DNA of 64,000 nucleotides from an uncultured marine group III euryarchaeote (GTDB lineage Archaea; Thermoplasmatota; Poseidoniia; MGIII; CG-Epi1), in assembly GCA_902627615.1 (NCBI GenBank), contig CACOJW010000002.1, positions 26,971 to 90,970 of the forward strand, in the 5' to 3' direction. The position numbers were made by a program, and so were the translations under genes. The notes below the pieces were generated by a model. It had not been told where the DNA came from. It made no database searches and saw nothing but the letters and a program-made list of their open reading frames with translations. Shown here in pieces: positions 26,016 through 35,733 of this stretch; the stretch's first letter is position 1; the number at the start of each line of letters is the position of its first letter.

Positions 26016-27737
26016 ATGGAAAAACAAAATATCGATAAATTTAAGATTTCTAAATATTCTTTGTCGGATTTTTTACCATATGGCAGTTTTATTCTTTTAT
26101 ATTTTTTTATATCTAATATTTTTTTAGATTTAACCTTTCTAAACCTAACGCCAAATCGTCTTGAGGCTTTAGATCTTCCTTTCTATGTAGAATCTTCATC
26201 TGTTAACCTGGTTTCAGATATATTTTCAGCAATAATTAGTATATTTCTTGCAATAGGAATGTATATGCTACAAAAAGGAACTTTATCTCCGAACAGAACA
26301 GATATAGGCATTCAAGTTTTAGCAACAATTGCTTTTCTTCCAGTAGTATCATATTTCTTTTTACATGTGATGTGGTTAAGACAAACAGACTCTTCATGGG
26401 AGTTTGATTTCAGCCTAATGGATGAGGCCGCAGGGTGGCAAATTTCGAATGAATGGCCTTTTGAAACTAAACTTCAAGATCCAAGATGGAAATTCTACCA
26501 AGTTGGCGTTATCAATTCGGTGAGAGTTGTAATATTTAGCATTTTCTTTAGTACAATTCTTGGAGTTATAGTTGGTGTCCTAAGACTTTCTAAAAACAAA
26601 CTTTTATCAAATTTAGCTAAGATCTATGTAGATTTATTTAGAAACGTTCCTTTAGTAGCTCAGTTATTTTTTGTATCAGTTTGGTTTTTAACAACACTCG
26701 AACCTTTTAGAGAGGTTCAAAATAATAATTTTTTGGGTTGGTTTTATTGGAGCAATAGGGGGTTCGTTTTTCCCCACCTTGAATTTTCTAATACCTTATT
26801 CTTTTTCTTAGCTATAATTCTGATACTTGGATCTCGGATTTATTTTAGGTTTACAGAAAGAATACCAGTATCCAACCAGAATTCTCCAGCCTTCTCACTA
26901 AAAAGACCTCTTATTGGCCTAGGATCCCAAAAAGAGCCAATTGTTGTAGATATGCTGTATTCGTTTTCTCTAATCTCCATAATTTACAGTGTTTTCAAGG
27001 TAGTATCTTGGGATTACAAATTCACTTTAAGCGGATTGATTTCTTGGTCAGATTCTTATTCAATTTTTGTTTTCAGCTCTTTATTATTGGCTTTATCAAT
27101 GCGTTATAATCGAAAACTTGATGAGGACGGGTTGAACAAATTTACAGATAGTCAGATTCTCATTTTTCAAGTAAATCCTCTACACATAAGATTAGTCATT
27201 TTTATCTTATCAACTATTCTAATATATCTTTCCTTATCCATCGAAAAACCAAATTTAATTACTGAGGAAAATGGTGAAGAATTATCGTGGGGCAGATGGG
27301 AGTTTCAAGAAGGAACATTTGAGGATGTATCTTCCGTCTTTTTAGTTTTGATGATAGGACTTACACTTTACACCTCAGCACAAATCTCAGAAGTAGTTAG
27401 AGGCAGCATCCAAGCACTTCCAGTAGGTCAAGTTGAGGCATCTATTTCATTAGGCCTTTCATCTTACCAAAGATTAACTCTAGTTATTCTTCCACAAGCA
27501 CTTAGAAGTATGATCCCTTCTTTAACAAATCAATATCTTAACTGTTGGAAAAATTCTAGTTTAGCGATTCTCATAGGTTTTTCTGATTTTTATGCGATAT
27601 TGACTAATGTCGTTAATAATGCAGGTCATGCCGTTGCGATATTTGCTATCATTCTACTTACATATCAAGCAGGAAGTTTAGTCATTTCAACAATTATGAA
27701 TGATATTAATCAAAATGTGACAAAGGTGAAAATATGA
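26016..27737 (+). CDS. Amino-acid ABC transporter permease (AapQ/BztB-like, enlarged)
   Basis: HEQRo-family blocks: GVINSVRVVIFSIFFSTILGVIVGVLRLSKNK...YVDLFRNVPLVAQLFF and the EAA-loop region EASISLGLSSYQRLTLVILPQALRSMIP. At 573 aa it has extra N-terminal and central TM segments. Confidence 0.85.
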   Translation: MEKQNIDKFKISKYSLSDFLPYGSFILLYFFISNIFLDLTFLNLTPNRLEALDLPFYVESSSVNLVSDIFSAIISIFLAIGMYMLQKGTLSPNRTDIGIQVLATIAFLPVVSYFFLHVMWLRQTDSSWEFDFSLMDEAAGWQISNEWPFETKLQDPRWKFYQVGVINSVRVVIFSIFFSTILGVIVGVLRLSKNKLLSNLAKIYVDLFRNVPLVAQLFFVSVWFLTTLEPFREVQNNNFLGWFYWSNRGFVFPHLEFSNTLFFFLAIILILGSRIYFRFTERIPVSNQNSPAFSLKRPLIGLGSQKEPIVVDMLYSFSLISIIYSVFKVVSWDYKFTLSGLISWSDSYSIFVFSSLLLALSMRYNRKLDEDGLNKFTDSQILIFQVNPLHIRLVIFILSTILIYLSLSIEKPNLITEENGEELSWGRWEFQEGTFEDVSSVFLVLMIGLTLYTSAQISEVVRGSIQALPVGQVEASISLGLSSYQRLTLVILPQALRSMIPSLTNQYLNCWKNSSLAILIGFSDFYAILTNVVNNAGHAVAIFAIILLTYQAGSLVISTIMNDINQNVTKVKI

Positions 27738-29245
27738 GTTTTAATTTCTTTCTTCTAATATTCATTCTGTTTGTGCTATTACCAGATTTATTGAATCGGT
27801 ATCATATTACAGTAAGAGCAGTTCAGGTTTCCTGCCCAAATATAAGAGAAATACTAAATCTTCTTTATGGTAAACTTCCAAGATACACATATTCGGCTGA
27901 ATTAGCCTTTATTATTTCATTATTATTAACCTATTTTGCAGTTAAATCAGAATTATCGTTTGCTTCATACTTACCATTGGTTACATTTGGATATATAGCG
28001 CATCTTAATTCAAAAGAGTTGTTTGATACTCCTTCGAATTCATTTATTACTATCCTCTCTTTTTTCATATTATATTCTTTCTTTGTTAAAGCTCTGGAGT
28101 TTGTTTTTATAGAGAGCAATTGGGACGTCGTATTCAAAAATCGAAGATTTATTTTTCTTGGCCCGTATTTTATCAATCCATACACTGGCGATGAAATTTG
28201 GAGATTCTGGCCTCCTTTCTATGTTTTCTTAGTTATATTTTGCGCAGGTTATGGAACATTATCCGAAAGTAAAGTAAAGTTTTTGCTTCCATATTCGATT
28301 TTCTGTTTGGCTTTAATATTCTTAATTGGTTATGATTCAGATTATTATTCTTATAAAAATGGAATGAAAATAAGTAATAGAAATTATGAAGCTACTGAAT
28401 CCCTTTTTCTTTTAGCAGGCGCTCTCATCTTAGGACTAATTTCTTATTTATTGATGCACCAAAGATGTAAGATTTTAGAAGAGTTTCAAGTTAATTACAT
28501 TCAACAAGTTCTAATTCTATCATCTTTCCTTTCGTTTATTGGGATGCTTTTCTTACTGGATCCGCCAGGTGATGAGGGTGTAAAGCCTTCATACTGGGGT
28601 GGTTTCGTATTGAATCTTATTTTTGCATTTGGTTCTTTAGTTATCGGGTTTGGAATCGGCATTGCTCTTGCTTTTGGAAGGCGTAGCAGTCTTCCTGTAT
28701 TTTATGTTCCCTCGGTAGCTATCATAGAATTATTTCGGTCTGGTCCTCTAGTTGCTTGGTTATTTTTTGCCCAATTTTTAGTACCTGATTTATTTAATCC
28801 AGTATGGGAAGCCGATATAGCCTCAAGAATCATATTTGTGTTTGCTTTGTTCTTTGGCTGTTATTTAGCAGAAATACTGAGAGGAGGTTTGCAGACAGTT
28901 CCTCATGGCCAGTTTGAAGCAGCTACAGCATTAGGTTTATCTCCCACACAAATCAAACTTAGAATTCAATTACCGCAGGCTATTAGGACTACATTGCCAG
29001 CTATTGTAGGACAAATGATTGCTATGTTAAAAGATACATCATTAGTATATTTCTTTGGAGTTTATGATGCGTTTAAAGCAACAAAAGATATTCCTAGCCA
29101 AAGGGATTTTCTTGCAGAATATGAAGAACCATTGGTTTTTGTAGCCTTTTTATTCTGGGCAGTAGCTTACTACTTGTCCCGACTTACGACAAAAATCGAG
29201 AAAAATCTAGGTTTAGATAATGAAGGAGGCGCCGGAAGAACATGA
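27734..29245 (+). CDS. Amino-acid ABC transporter permease (AapM/BztC-like, enlarged)
   Basis: [15 protein letters not shown] and [28 protein letters not shown]. 4-nt overlaps with both neighbouring genes. Confidence 0.85.
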   Translation: MSFNFFLLIFILFVLLPDLLNRYHITVRAVQVSCPNIREILNLLYGKLPRYTYSAELAFIISLLLTYFAVKSELSFASYLPLVTFGYIAHLNSKELFDTPSNSFITILSFFILYSFFVKALEFVFIESNWDVVFKNRRFIFLGPYFINPYTGDEIWRFWPPFYVFLVIFCAGYGTLSESKVKFLLPYSIFCLALIFLIGYDSDYYSYKNGMKISNRNYEATESLFLLAGALILGLISYLLMHQRCKILEEFQVNYIQQVLILSSFLSFIGMLFLLDPPGDEGVKPSYWGGFVLNLIFAFGSLVIGFGIGIALAFGRRSSLPVFYVPSVAIIELFRSGPLVAWLFFAQFLVPDLFNPVWEADIASRIIFVFALFFGCYLAEILRGGLQTVPHGQFEAATALGLSPTQIKLRIQLPQAIRTTLPAIVGQMIAMLKDTSLVYFFGVYDAFKATKDIPSQRDFLAEYEEPLVFVAFLFWAVAYYLSRLTTKIEKNLGLDNEGGAGRT

Positions 29246-29985
29246 GTGAAGAATCCATAATCCAAACTAAAGACGTGACAGTATCATTTGGAGATTTTCA
29301 GGCACTCAAGGGAATAAATGTAGATATTAAACAAGGAGAAATTATAGTTGTCTTAGGTCCTTCAGGTTCAGGTAAATCGACATTTATCAGGACATTGAAC
29401 AGATTGCAACCCCACGATGGAGGAGAGATAGTAGTCGATGGTATTCAAATTAATGAAGATACAACAGTTTCAGATTTGAAGCAACTTCGTTCAGACATTG
29501 GCTTCGTATTTCAACAGTTTAACCTTTTCCCCCACATCACAGTCCTTGAAAATATTGCTCTCGCACCTCAGAAAGTCAGAGGAATGTCCAAAGAAGAGGC
29601 CGAAGAAGTTGCAATGAAATTATTGGAAAGAGTAGGTATTCCAGAACAAAAAAACAAATATCCAGCAGCACTTTCGGGAGGTCAACAGCAAAGGGTGGCT
29701 ATAGCACGAGCACTGGCTATGGATCCAAAGATTATGTTGTTTGACGAGCCCACATCAGCTTTAGATCCAGAAATGATTAAAGAGGTCTTAGATGTAATGA
29801 TAGATTTAGCTAAACGAGATATTACAATGATCGTAGTTACACATGAAATGGGCTTTGCTAAAGAAGTTGGAGATCGTATTATGTTCTTTGATGAAGGGCA
29901 TTTAGTCGAAGAATCAACTCCAGATGTTTTCTTTGATAATCCCAAAGAAGATAGAAGTAAATTATTCCTGGAACAAATTCTTTAA
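29242..29985 (+). CDS. Amino-acid ABC transporter ATP-binding protein (GlnQ/AapP-like)
   Basis: Walker [11 protein letters not shown]-loop, signature [15 protein letters not shown], Walker [12 protein letters not shown] and H-loop VTHEM. Confidence 0.95.
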   Translation: MSEESIIQTKDVTVSFGDFQALKGINVDIKQGEIIVVLGPSGSGKSTFIRTLNRLQPHDGGEIVVDGIQINEDTTVSDLKQLRSDIGFVFQQFNLFPHITVLENIALAPQKVRGMSKEEAEEVAMKLLERVGIPEQKNKYPAALSGGQQQRVAIARALAMDPKIMLFDEPTSALDPEMIKEVLDVMIDLAKRDITMIVVTHEMGFAKEVGDRIMFFDEGHLVEESTPDVFFDNPKEDRSKLFLEQIL

Positions 29986-29986
29986 C

Positions 29987-30469
29987 TTACAATTCTCGAG
30001 GCAGAAGTAATTCTTCTAAATTCCAATTTCCAGGTTTTTTCCACGATTTTGAATTATCCTTTATTGTAAGTAATGCAGTTGCAGCAGTAGGCATTCGATG
30101 CCATTCTCCACACAAATGTTCAAGAAAGTCGGCACAGCCAGGATTATGGCCAAGTATCATAATTGTTTCATAGTTTAATTCATCTGGAATATTTTTCATA
30201 ATTTTTTTTGGTTTACTGTGATAAAATTTCCGAGAGTATTTTACATCAACGTTTTTTATGTATTTATTCATTCTTTTCCAAGTTTCTTTAGTTCTAGCAG
30301 AATCACTGGAAAATAATTTGTTAGGGATCCATTCTAATCTCATTAGTTCTTTAGCAATTTTTACAGATGCTTTTCTTCCTCTTTTTTTCAAAGGCCTCTC
30401 ATGATCAGATAGGTCAGGATATTTCCACGAACTCTTAGCGTGTCTCATCAAAATTAGTTTTGATATCAT
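29987..30469 (-). CDS. Histidine-phosphatase superfamily protein, SixA-like
   Basis: LILMRHAKS (the RHG-type catalytic His), RPL..RG, SSDSARTKET and ILGHNPG. Confidence 0.7.
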   Translation of the reverse strand: MISKLILMRHAKSSWKYPDLSDHERPLKKRGRKASVKIAKELMRLEWIPNKLFSSDSARTKETWKRMNKYIKNVDVKYSRKFYHSKPKKIMKNIPDELNYETIMILGHNPGCADFLEHLCGEWHRMPTAATALLTIKDNSKSWKKPGNWNLEELLLPREL

Positions 30470-31452
30470 TTTTTGTCTTTTTTTGCAGAATAGTTTATTG
30501 TTGCTTCAGAGATATCTGTAGAATATGCTATCGTCCTCATAATTGCATCAATAGCTATTGAAAATTCCAGCGGATGTTCCATTTCTTTTTTGTATTTATT
30601 CTCGAAATATGTTCTGGCTTTTTGCATAGTTTTCTTCCCTTTATCTATATTATTTGTGGCTTTACGCGGTTCGTTATTGATGAAACTTTTCATAGCTTCT
30701 TTCATAATGTACTCAGCATCTTTTGCTAACGGCAACATTTTCCTTCCAGGGATTAGTCCAGCAACGTATCCTATTTCGGCAAGCCTACATGCATGATCCG
30801 CAATTCTCTCAAGATAGCGCGCTACATTTGAATAAATTACACCTTCAAAAGAAGTGGCCTGAAGTGGCCTTGATAGGCTCGAGTCTTCAAGCATCATGTT
30901 AAATTGTCTCTCAATAAACCATTGTAGCTTATCAGCTTCTTTATCTCTATCAACAACATCAGCAGCCAATTCCTTTGACCCTTCTAAAATTAATATGGAA
31001 TCGCTGTACATTGCGTTAACAATTTTGTATAATCGTTTTATTGCAGTCCTTAGAGGCAAAGCGCCTGGATTTGACATATCATTTAAAATGGCGATAGTGG
31101 CTTCTTCTTCTATTATTTCTAAGCCAATAACACTTGCGGAAAATTTACGTATGGTCTTTCTTTCCTTAACTGTAAGTCTGGGGTTTCCTACAACTTTTAT
31201 TTCTGTCGCTCCTGCTAAATAAACTCCGATTAAGTCTCTGAACAGGTGCTGGCTTTCTTCGTTATTACAAGTTACAGTTGATATTTTTTTCTTAATGTTG
31301 TAATTTCCTGGGTCGATAGTCATAGTACCGTCAGGCTGTTTTATCAATCGTACTTCTGAACCTGTTTTTAGGTTATTTTTCTTAATCCATTTTTTTGGTA
31401 GTGAAACGATTAGTGTAGATCCTCCAGTTTTTTGTAATTTACGACTTTCCAT
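30466..31452 (-). CDS. Phosphate-uptake regulator: N-terminal AbrB/SpoVT DNA-binding domain plus two PhoU repeats
   Basis: KLQKTGGSTLIVSLPKKWIKKNNLKTGSEV (a swapped-hairpin AbrB-type sequence), followed by PhoU-like helices (D.DKEADKL, ERIADHA). Confidence 0.8.
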   Translation of the reverse strand: MESRKLQKTGGSTLIVSLPKKWIKKNNLKTGSEVRLIKQPDGTMTIDPGNYNIKKKISTVTCNNEESQHLFRDLIGVYLAGATEIKVVGNPRLTVKERKTIRKFSASVIGLEIIEEEATIAILNDMSNPGALPLRTAIKRLYKIVNAMYSDSILILEGSKELAADVVDRDKEADKLQWFIERQFNMMLEDSSLSRPLQATSFEGVIYSNVARYLERIADHACRLAEIGYVAGLIPGRKMLPLAKDAEYIMKEAMKSFINNEPRKATNNIDKGKKTMQKARTYFENKYKKEMEHPLEFSIAIDAIMRTIAYSTDISEATINYSAKKDKK

Positions 31453-31483
31453 AATTTTTTGGTTTCCTTTGTGCTCACTAAAA

Positions 31484-31498
31484 TATATAGGCTATATA
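31484..31498. promoter_or_regulatory. Palindromic double TATA element TATATAG-G-CTATATA in the divergent phoU-like/pit intergenic region
   Basis: Perfect 7-nt inverted halves, 32 nt from the phoU-like ATG (31452) and 46 nt from the pit ATG (31544). More TATA-like sequence follows at 31511..31520. Confidence 0.45.
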
Positions 31499-31543
31499 TA
31501 ATATTTAGTATATATTTATTTAGGTGCAGTTTTGAAGGCAGAC

Positions 31544-32977
31544 ATGTTTGGACTGGATATAATGATTTTTCTTGCAATATTGATCGCAGGATACATGGCT
31601 TGGAACATCGGGGCAAATGATGTTGCCAATGCTATGGGAACAAGTGTCGGTAGTGGAGCTTTAACTTTTAGAAATGCTATAATTGCAGCAGCGGTTTTTG
31701 AATTTTTAGGGGCTTTCTTTGCAGGAGATGCAGTAACAGATACAGTAAGAAAAGGAATCTTAAATTTTGAAGAAGCTGATTTAGAAAAATATTCTACCGA
31801 ATTGAAATATGGATTTATTGCAGCTATGTTTGCAGCAGCTTTGTGGTTGACAGTTGCAACAAAATATGGTTTACCTGTGTCCACTACTCATAGCATAGTT
31901 GGAGGAATCCTTGGTATTGGAATATATGTTGCACCAGACAACGTAGATTGGGAAGTGGTGACCAAAATTGTGATGAGTTGGGTAGCATCACCTTTGCTTG
32001 GAGGAATTTTAGCGTACACAACATTTGTAATTGTTAAGAGAGTAATTATGGATGCAGAAGATCCTATTGAAAGATCTAGGATAATGGCACCAATTTTGGC
32101 TCTTCCCACATTTTTTGTCCTCGGTTTAGCACTTCAATATAAGGCAATGAAAGGAATGATTAAACGCCTTGATTCCGAAGGATTTTTAGACAAGGCAGAG
32201 TGGTTGCCAGCTAGCGAAGGTACAACATTTAACATTTTTGAAGAAGGTGCTTGGTTACCTTTGTATTCTCTTCTCCTAGCCCTATTCATAGGAATTGTAG
32301 CTAGCGGTGTACTCTATTGGATCTTAAGGGAATATGAATTTGATGAAGAAGGATATCAGGGCGTAGAGAAAATTTTTGTATGGTTGCAAGTTATTACAGC
32401 TTGTTACGTAGCTTTTGCTCATGGAGCAAATGATAGAAGTAATGCCATCGGTCCGATGGCCGCAGTATGGCAAATACATGAACAGGACGTCCTTCAGTCT
32501 GAGGCAGCAATACCAACATGGTTGATTCTTTTAGGAAGTGCAGGTATTACGCTTGGAGTAATGACCTGGGGAGCCAGAGTAATGGTGACTGTTGGTAAGA
32601 AAATTACCCATATTACACCAACAAGAGGTTTTGCAGCTGAGTTTGGAGCGGCCACAACAGTTTTAATTTTTTCAATGCCTTTCCTAGCAGTTCCTATCTC
32701 CACAACACACACCCTTATTGGCTCTGTAGTTGGGGTAGGTTTGGCAGGTGGTACGGCTTCTGTAGACTTCAAAGTATTCGGAAGGATAGCTGCGAGTTGG
32801 GTTGCCAGTATACCTGCAGCAGCCATTGGCTCGATTGTGCTGTACATGATTTTTGGACTGGATGAAACAAGATTTATCATATCAGTTGCAATAATTTTAT
32901 CAACAATAATTTGGCTGTTATACAATGCAATTGTAACCGAGCTAAAGTCTGATATAAGGTCAGAGGCTGAAGGTTAG
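31544..32977 (+). CDS. pit: Inorganic phosphate transporter, PiT family
   Basis: The GANDVANAMGTSVGSGAL signature occurs near the N-terminus and recurs as HGANDRSNAIGP in the second half. The track uses TTG 31532; I prefer ATG 31544 (MFGLDIMIF...). Confidence 0.93.
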   Translation: MFGLDIMIFLAILIAGYMAWNIGANDVANAMGTSVGSGALTFRNAIIAAAVFEFLGAFFAGDAVTDTVRKGILNFEEADLEKYSTELKYGFIAAMFAAALWLTVATKYGLPVSTTHSIVGGILGIGIYVAPDNVDWEVVTKIVMSWVASPLLGGILAYTTFVIVKRVIMDAEDPIERSRIMAPILALPTFFVLGLALQYKAMKGMIKRLDSEGFLDKAEWLPASEGTTFNIFEEGAWLPLYSLLLALFIGIVASGVLYWILREYEFDEEGYQGVEKIFVWLQVITACYVAFAHGANDRSNAIGPMAAVWQIHEQDVLQSEAAIPTWLILLGSAGITLGVMTWGARVMVTVGKKITHITPTRGFAAEFGAATTVLIFSMPFLAVPISTTHTLIGSVVGVGLAGGTASVDFKVFGRIAASWVASIPAAAIGSIVLYMIFGLDETRFIISVAIILSTIIWLLYNAIVTELKSDIRSEAEG

Positions 32978-32979
32978 AG

Positions 32980-33642
32980 ATGAAATTCTTTGAAAGCAGA
33001 ATTGGACCTAGCGTTTTCAAATCATATTACAAGCATGCTGAAAGTGTTTTTGAGACAGTTGAAAATATGAATGCTTCTGTTAAAGCAGCATGTGATGGTG
33101 AAGATATAGTACCACACATCAAAGCAACGTCAGAATCCGAACTTAAAGCAGATAAGATTAAAAACGAAATAAGAGATGTCTTGAGAGGCAGCGTTCGTTT
33201 AGCTATTGACAAATTAGTTTTTCTTGATTTAGTTTCTAGGCAAGATAGAATTGCAGATTATGCAGAAAATGTAACGGAAATTTTATCATTTAGAAATTTA
33301 TATGAAAATAAAGAAGCCCAGTCTTTGGTTCTAGAGTTAGCAGATTCAGTCACATCTACAGTCGAGGAGTATCGTAAAACAGTAGAGAGGTTTGAGTATC
33401 TTTTAGAATCAGCATTTTCAAATAAAGAAAAAGACATAATGCACGAACATATTGCTAAGGTTAATGATTTAGAGCACCAAGCAGATTTAGTAGAAGCTAA
33501 AGCTGCAGCCTATGTTTTTTCTAACGGCGATGATCAACCTTTGGCAGCAGCACATATGTATCGATTGATTCAGAGACTTGATGATGTCGCCAATGCAGCA
33601 GAAACTGCAGCCAATAGTCTTCTACCAATAATTTCAAAGTAG
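32980..33642 (+). CDS. DUF47/PhoU-like Pit accessory protein
   Basis: Helical 220-aa protein starting 2 nt after pit, the usual position and size of the DUF47 (TIGR00153-type) partner of PiT transporters. Confidence 0.7.
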   Translation: MKFFESRIGPSVFKSYYKHAESVFETVENMNASVKAACDGEDIVPHIKATSESELKADKIKNEIRDVLRGSVRLAIDKLVFLDLVSRQDRIADYAENVTEILSFRNLYENKEAQSLVLELADSVTSTVEEYRKTVERFEYLLESAFSNKEKDIMHEHIAKVNDLEHQADLVEAKAAAYVFSNGDDQPLAAAHMYRLIQRLDDVANAAETAANSLLPIISK

Positions 33643-33668
33643 GTAAACATTATTTGGCCACTCCTTGA

Positions 33669-34364
33669 ATGGTTAATATGAATCTCGAAGTCCCGTTGTA
33701 TACTCAGTCCATGGATTTTAGTTGTGGTTCAGCTTGTGTAGCAATGGCTCTGAAATATTTTAATTTTGTTAGTAATATGGATAGAGATCTTGAAGTTGAG
33801 CTATGGAGAGAAACGAATGCTGTCGAGATGAAAGGTGCAGGCAGATATGGCGTTTGTGCTCCACTTTCTGTTAGAGGCCTCCACCCACACATCATAACAG
33901 ATAATCCTGATTTAGGGCTTATTGAAAGGGCCAAAACATATGTCAAGTCTAATGGTGGAAATGAAAATTATCTTATTTTCTTCCATGACATGCAAAAAAG
34001 AGTATGCGCACTTAATGGAACCACTCAAGAGATCAGAAAGCCAACATTAGAGGATATTCGTGAGGCAATTCAAACAGATAGAATTTGTATTGCACTAGTT
34101 TCTACAATAATCTTTGAGGAAGAAGATGAAGACATTCCACATTGGATTGTCATCACCGGGGAAGATAATGGAATTCTGACGGTAAATAACCCAATTGATG
34201 AAGATACAGCAAAATCTCATCGACCTATCTACTTTGAAGATCTTTACACTAATGTTGAAATGTATCAAGAAACAACGTTGATAACAGTCGGCAAGAAAGC
34301 TCTTGAAAAAGAATTAGTCCCTGAGCCGGAATTATCCACAAAATACCTAGAATATGTTCGTTGA
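33669..34364 (+). CDS. Papain-like cysteine peptidase, C39-like domain protein
   Basis: VPLYTQSMDFSCGSACVAMALKYF (an oxyanion Gln and catalytic Cys spaced as in C39), followed later by IPHWIVITGED..VNNPID (candidate His and Asp/Asn). Confidence 0.6.
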   Translation: MVNMNLEVPLYTQSMDFSCGSACVAMALKYFNFVSNMDRDLEVELWRETNAVEMKGAGRYGVCAPLSVRGLHPHIITDNPDLGLIERAKTYVKSNGGNENYLIFFHDMQKRVCALNGTTQEIRKPTLEDIREAIQTDRICIALVSTIIFEEEDEDIPHWIVITGEDNGILTVNNPIDEDTAKSHRPIYFEDLYTNVEMYQETTLITVGKKALEKELVPEPELSTKYLEYVR

Positions 34365-35723
34365 AAGGTAGTAATACATTAGGTAAATACCTATCACTAT
34401 CATAATGATTCCACCAGTCATTTCTATTTGGCGAGTTGAGGCTTTCATTCTATCAACAATTGTAGTTTCAGATGCAGCCACCATCATTGTGAAAGCCACC
34501 ATCAAGATTCCAGCAGTCATTGCGAAAATTAAGAAAACTAGTAGTCCCGTTATTATTCCTTGACTAATACTTGCAGTTAACAGCCCTATTACGACAGGAG
34601 CCACACATCCTGCAGCTGCAGATCCGTAAGCAACACCATACCAGAATAGACCAATTCGAGTTCCGTCTGAATTATCTGAGAAACTGAAGTCTTTTCCTGT
34701 TGTGGCTTTAATTCCTTTTTCTATTCCTTGTTTAGCCATAAGTGCAGGGGCCGAACTTCCTATTTGGGCTACAAGTTTACGGAATGGCTGGACTATCTTC
34801 TCAGAATCATATTCCATTACCATCACAACACCTAATCCAGTAAGTACTATTCCAATTAACAATTCTAAATGTCCTAATAACCCTCCAATAACACTCACAA
34901 ATGGAATCAGTAATATTCCAATCAATAGCAAAACTCCTGCCAAACCTGCCGCAGCAGCCAATCCATCAGGCAATGTTTCTCTTGCAGCGGTTTCATCAAA
35001 TTTACCAGTTCGTTGCTTCTTGTTTGCTAAGTAAAAAGACATGTATCCGGGAAGCATAGGAAATGAGCATGGAGAGAAGAAAACCATCACTCCAGCACCC
35101 ACTGCAAATAAATAAATTGAAGATTCTTTTAGATTAACAACGCCGCCTTGACCAGTAAGTGCTTTATCAACTTCATTGCTTAGTTCACTTTCAGAGATAG
35201 GGCCAACATGAGAATAGGTGATTTTCCCTTCTTTATCTATGATGAATATTTTAGGAGTTCCAATAACATTGTAGTCTATCTCAATATCTCCATTTGAATC
35301 TCCAAGTGCATGTCTCCAATCATGTTCTTCAGCATAATTCCTCAATTTAGTTTCATCATCGTTACCAAAAACACTAACAGAGACTATTGCAATATCATCC
35401 TCGTCCATATAACCAGAATAAGGTCCTAAAGCTTCCTTTACGAATTTCTCACATGGTACACAAGTACTGAACATAAAATCGAGAATTACTACTTTCTCAC
35501 CTTCGTAATCAGATAAGGAGAAAGTTACACCCTCAGTATCTTTTAGTGTAAAATCAGGAGCCTCATTATCTCCTCCAATCATACCGTATAGTACAATTGC
35601 TAAAATAAGTATTACACCAGTTCCAATAGCAAATAGAACTTTATTTTCTAGTATAGAGTTGTACCAATCACTTTGATTAATATTCTCTATGAATACATCC
35701 CAATTAGTTTTTTGCTTAGCCAC
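34347..35723 (-). CDS. Fusion protein: N-terminal TM anchor, TlpA/ResA-like thioredoxin domain (CVPC) and CcdA/DsbD-type transmembrane thiol-disulfide electron transporter
   Basis: APDFTLKD..G..FSLSDYEGEKVVILDFMFSTCVPCEKF...VIGTPKIFIIDKEG (Trx fold with a cis-Pro), then FFSPCSFPMLPGY and AAAGCVAPVVIG (the two conserved CcdA membrane cysteines). Confidence 0.85.
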   Translation of the reverse strand: MAKQKTNWDVFIENINQSDWYNSILENKVLFAIGTGVILILAIVLYGMIGGDNEAPDFTLKDTEGVTFSLSDYEGEKVVILDFMFSTCVPCEKFVKEALGPYSGYMDEDDIAIVSVSVFGNDDETKLRNYAEEHDWRHALGDSNGDIEIDYNVIGTPKIFIIDKEGKITYSHVGPISESELSNEVDKALTGQGGVVNLKESSIYLFAVGAGVMVFFSPCSFPMLPGYMSFYLANKKQRTGKFDETAARETLPDGLAAAAGLAGVLLLIGILLIPFVSVIGGLLGHLELLIGIVLTGLGVVMVMEYDSEKIVQPFRKLVAQIGSSAPALMAKQGIEKGIKATTGKDFSFSDNSDGTRIGLFWYGVAYGSAAAGCVAPVVIGLLTASISQGIITGLLVFLIFAMTAGILMVAFTMMVAASETTIVDRMKASTRQIEMTGGIIMIVIGIYLMYYYLSTNIF

Positions 35724-35733
35724 CTAGTTACAC

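Noticed and set aside
31516-32925. Minus-strand ORFs 31516..31884, 31888..32109 and 32494..32925, antisense to the PiT transporter
   Set aside because: The plus-strand frame carries the unmistakable duplicated GANDVANA / GANDRSNA PiT signature. The antisense ORFs are Ala/Ile/Pro-rich mirror products with no motifs.
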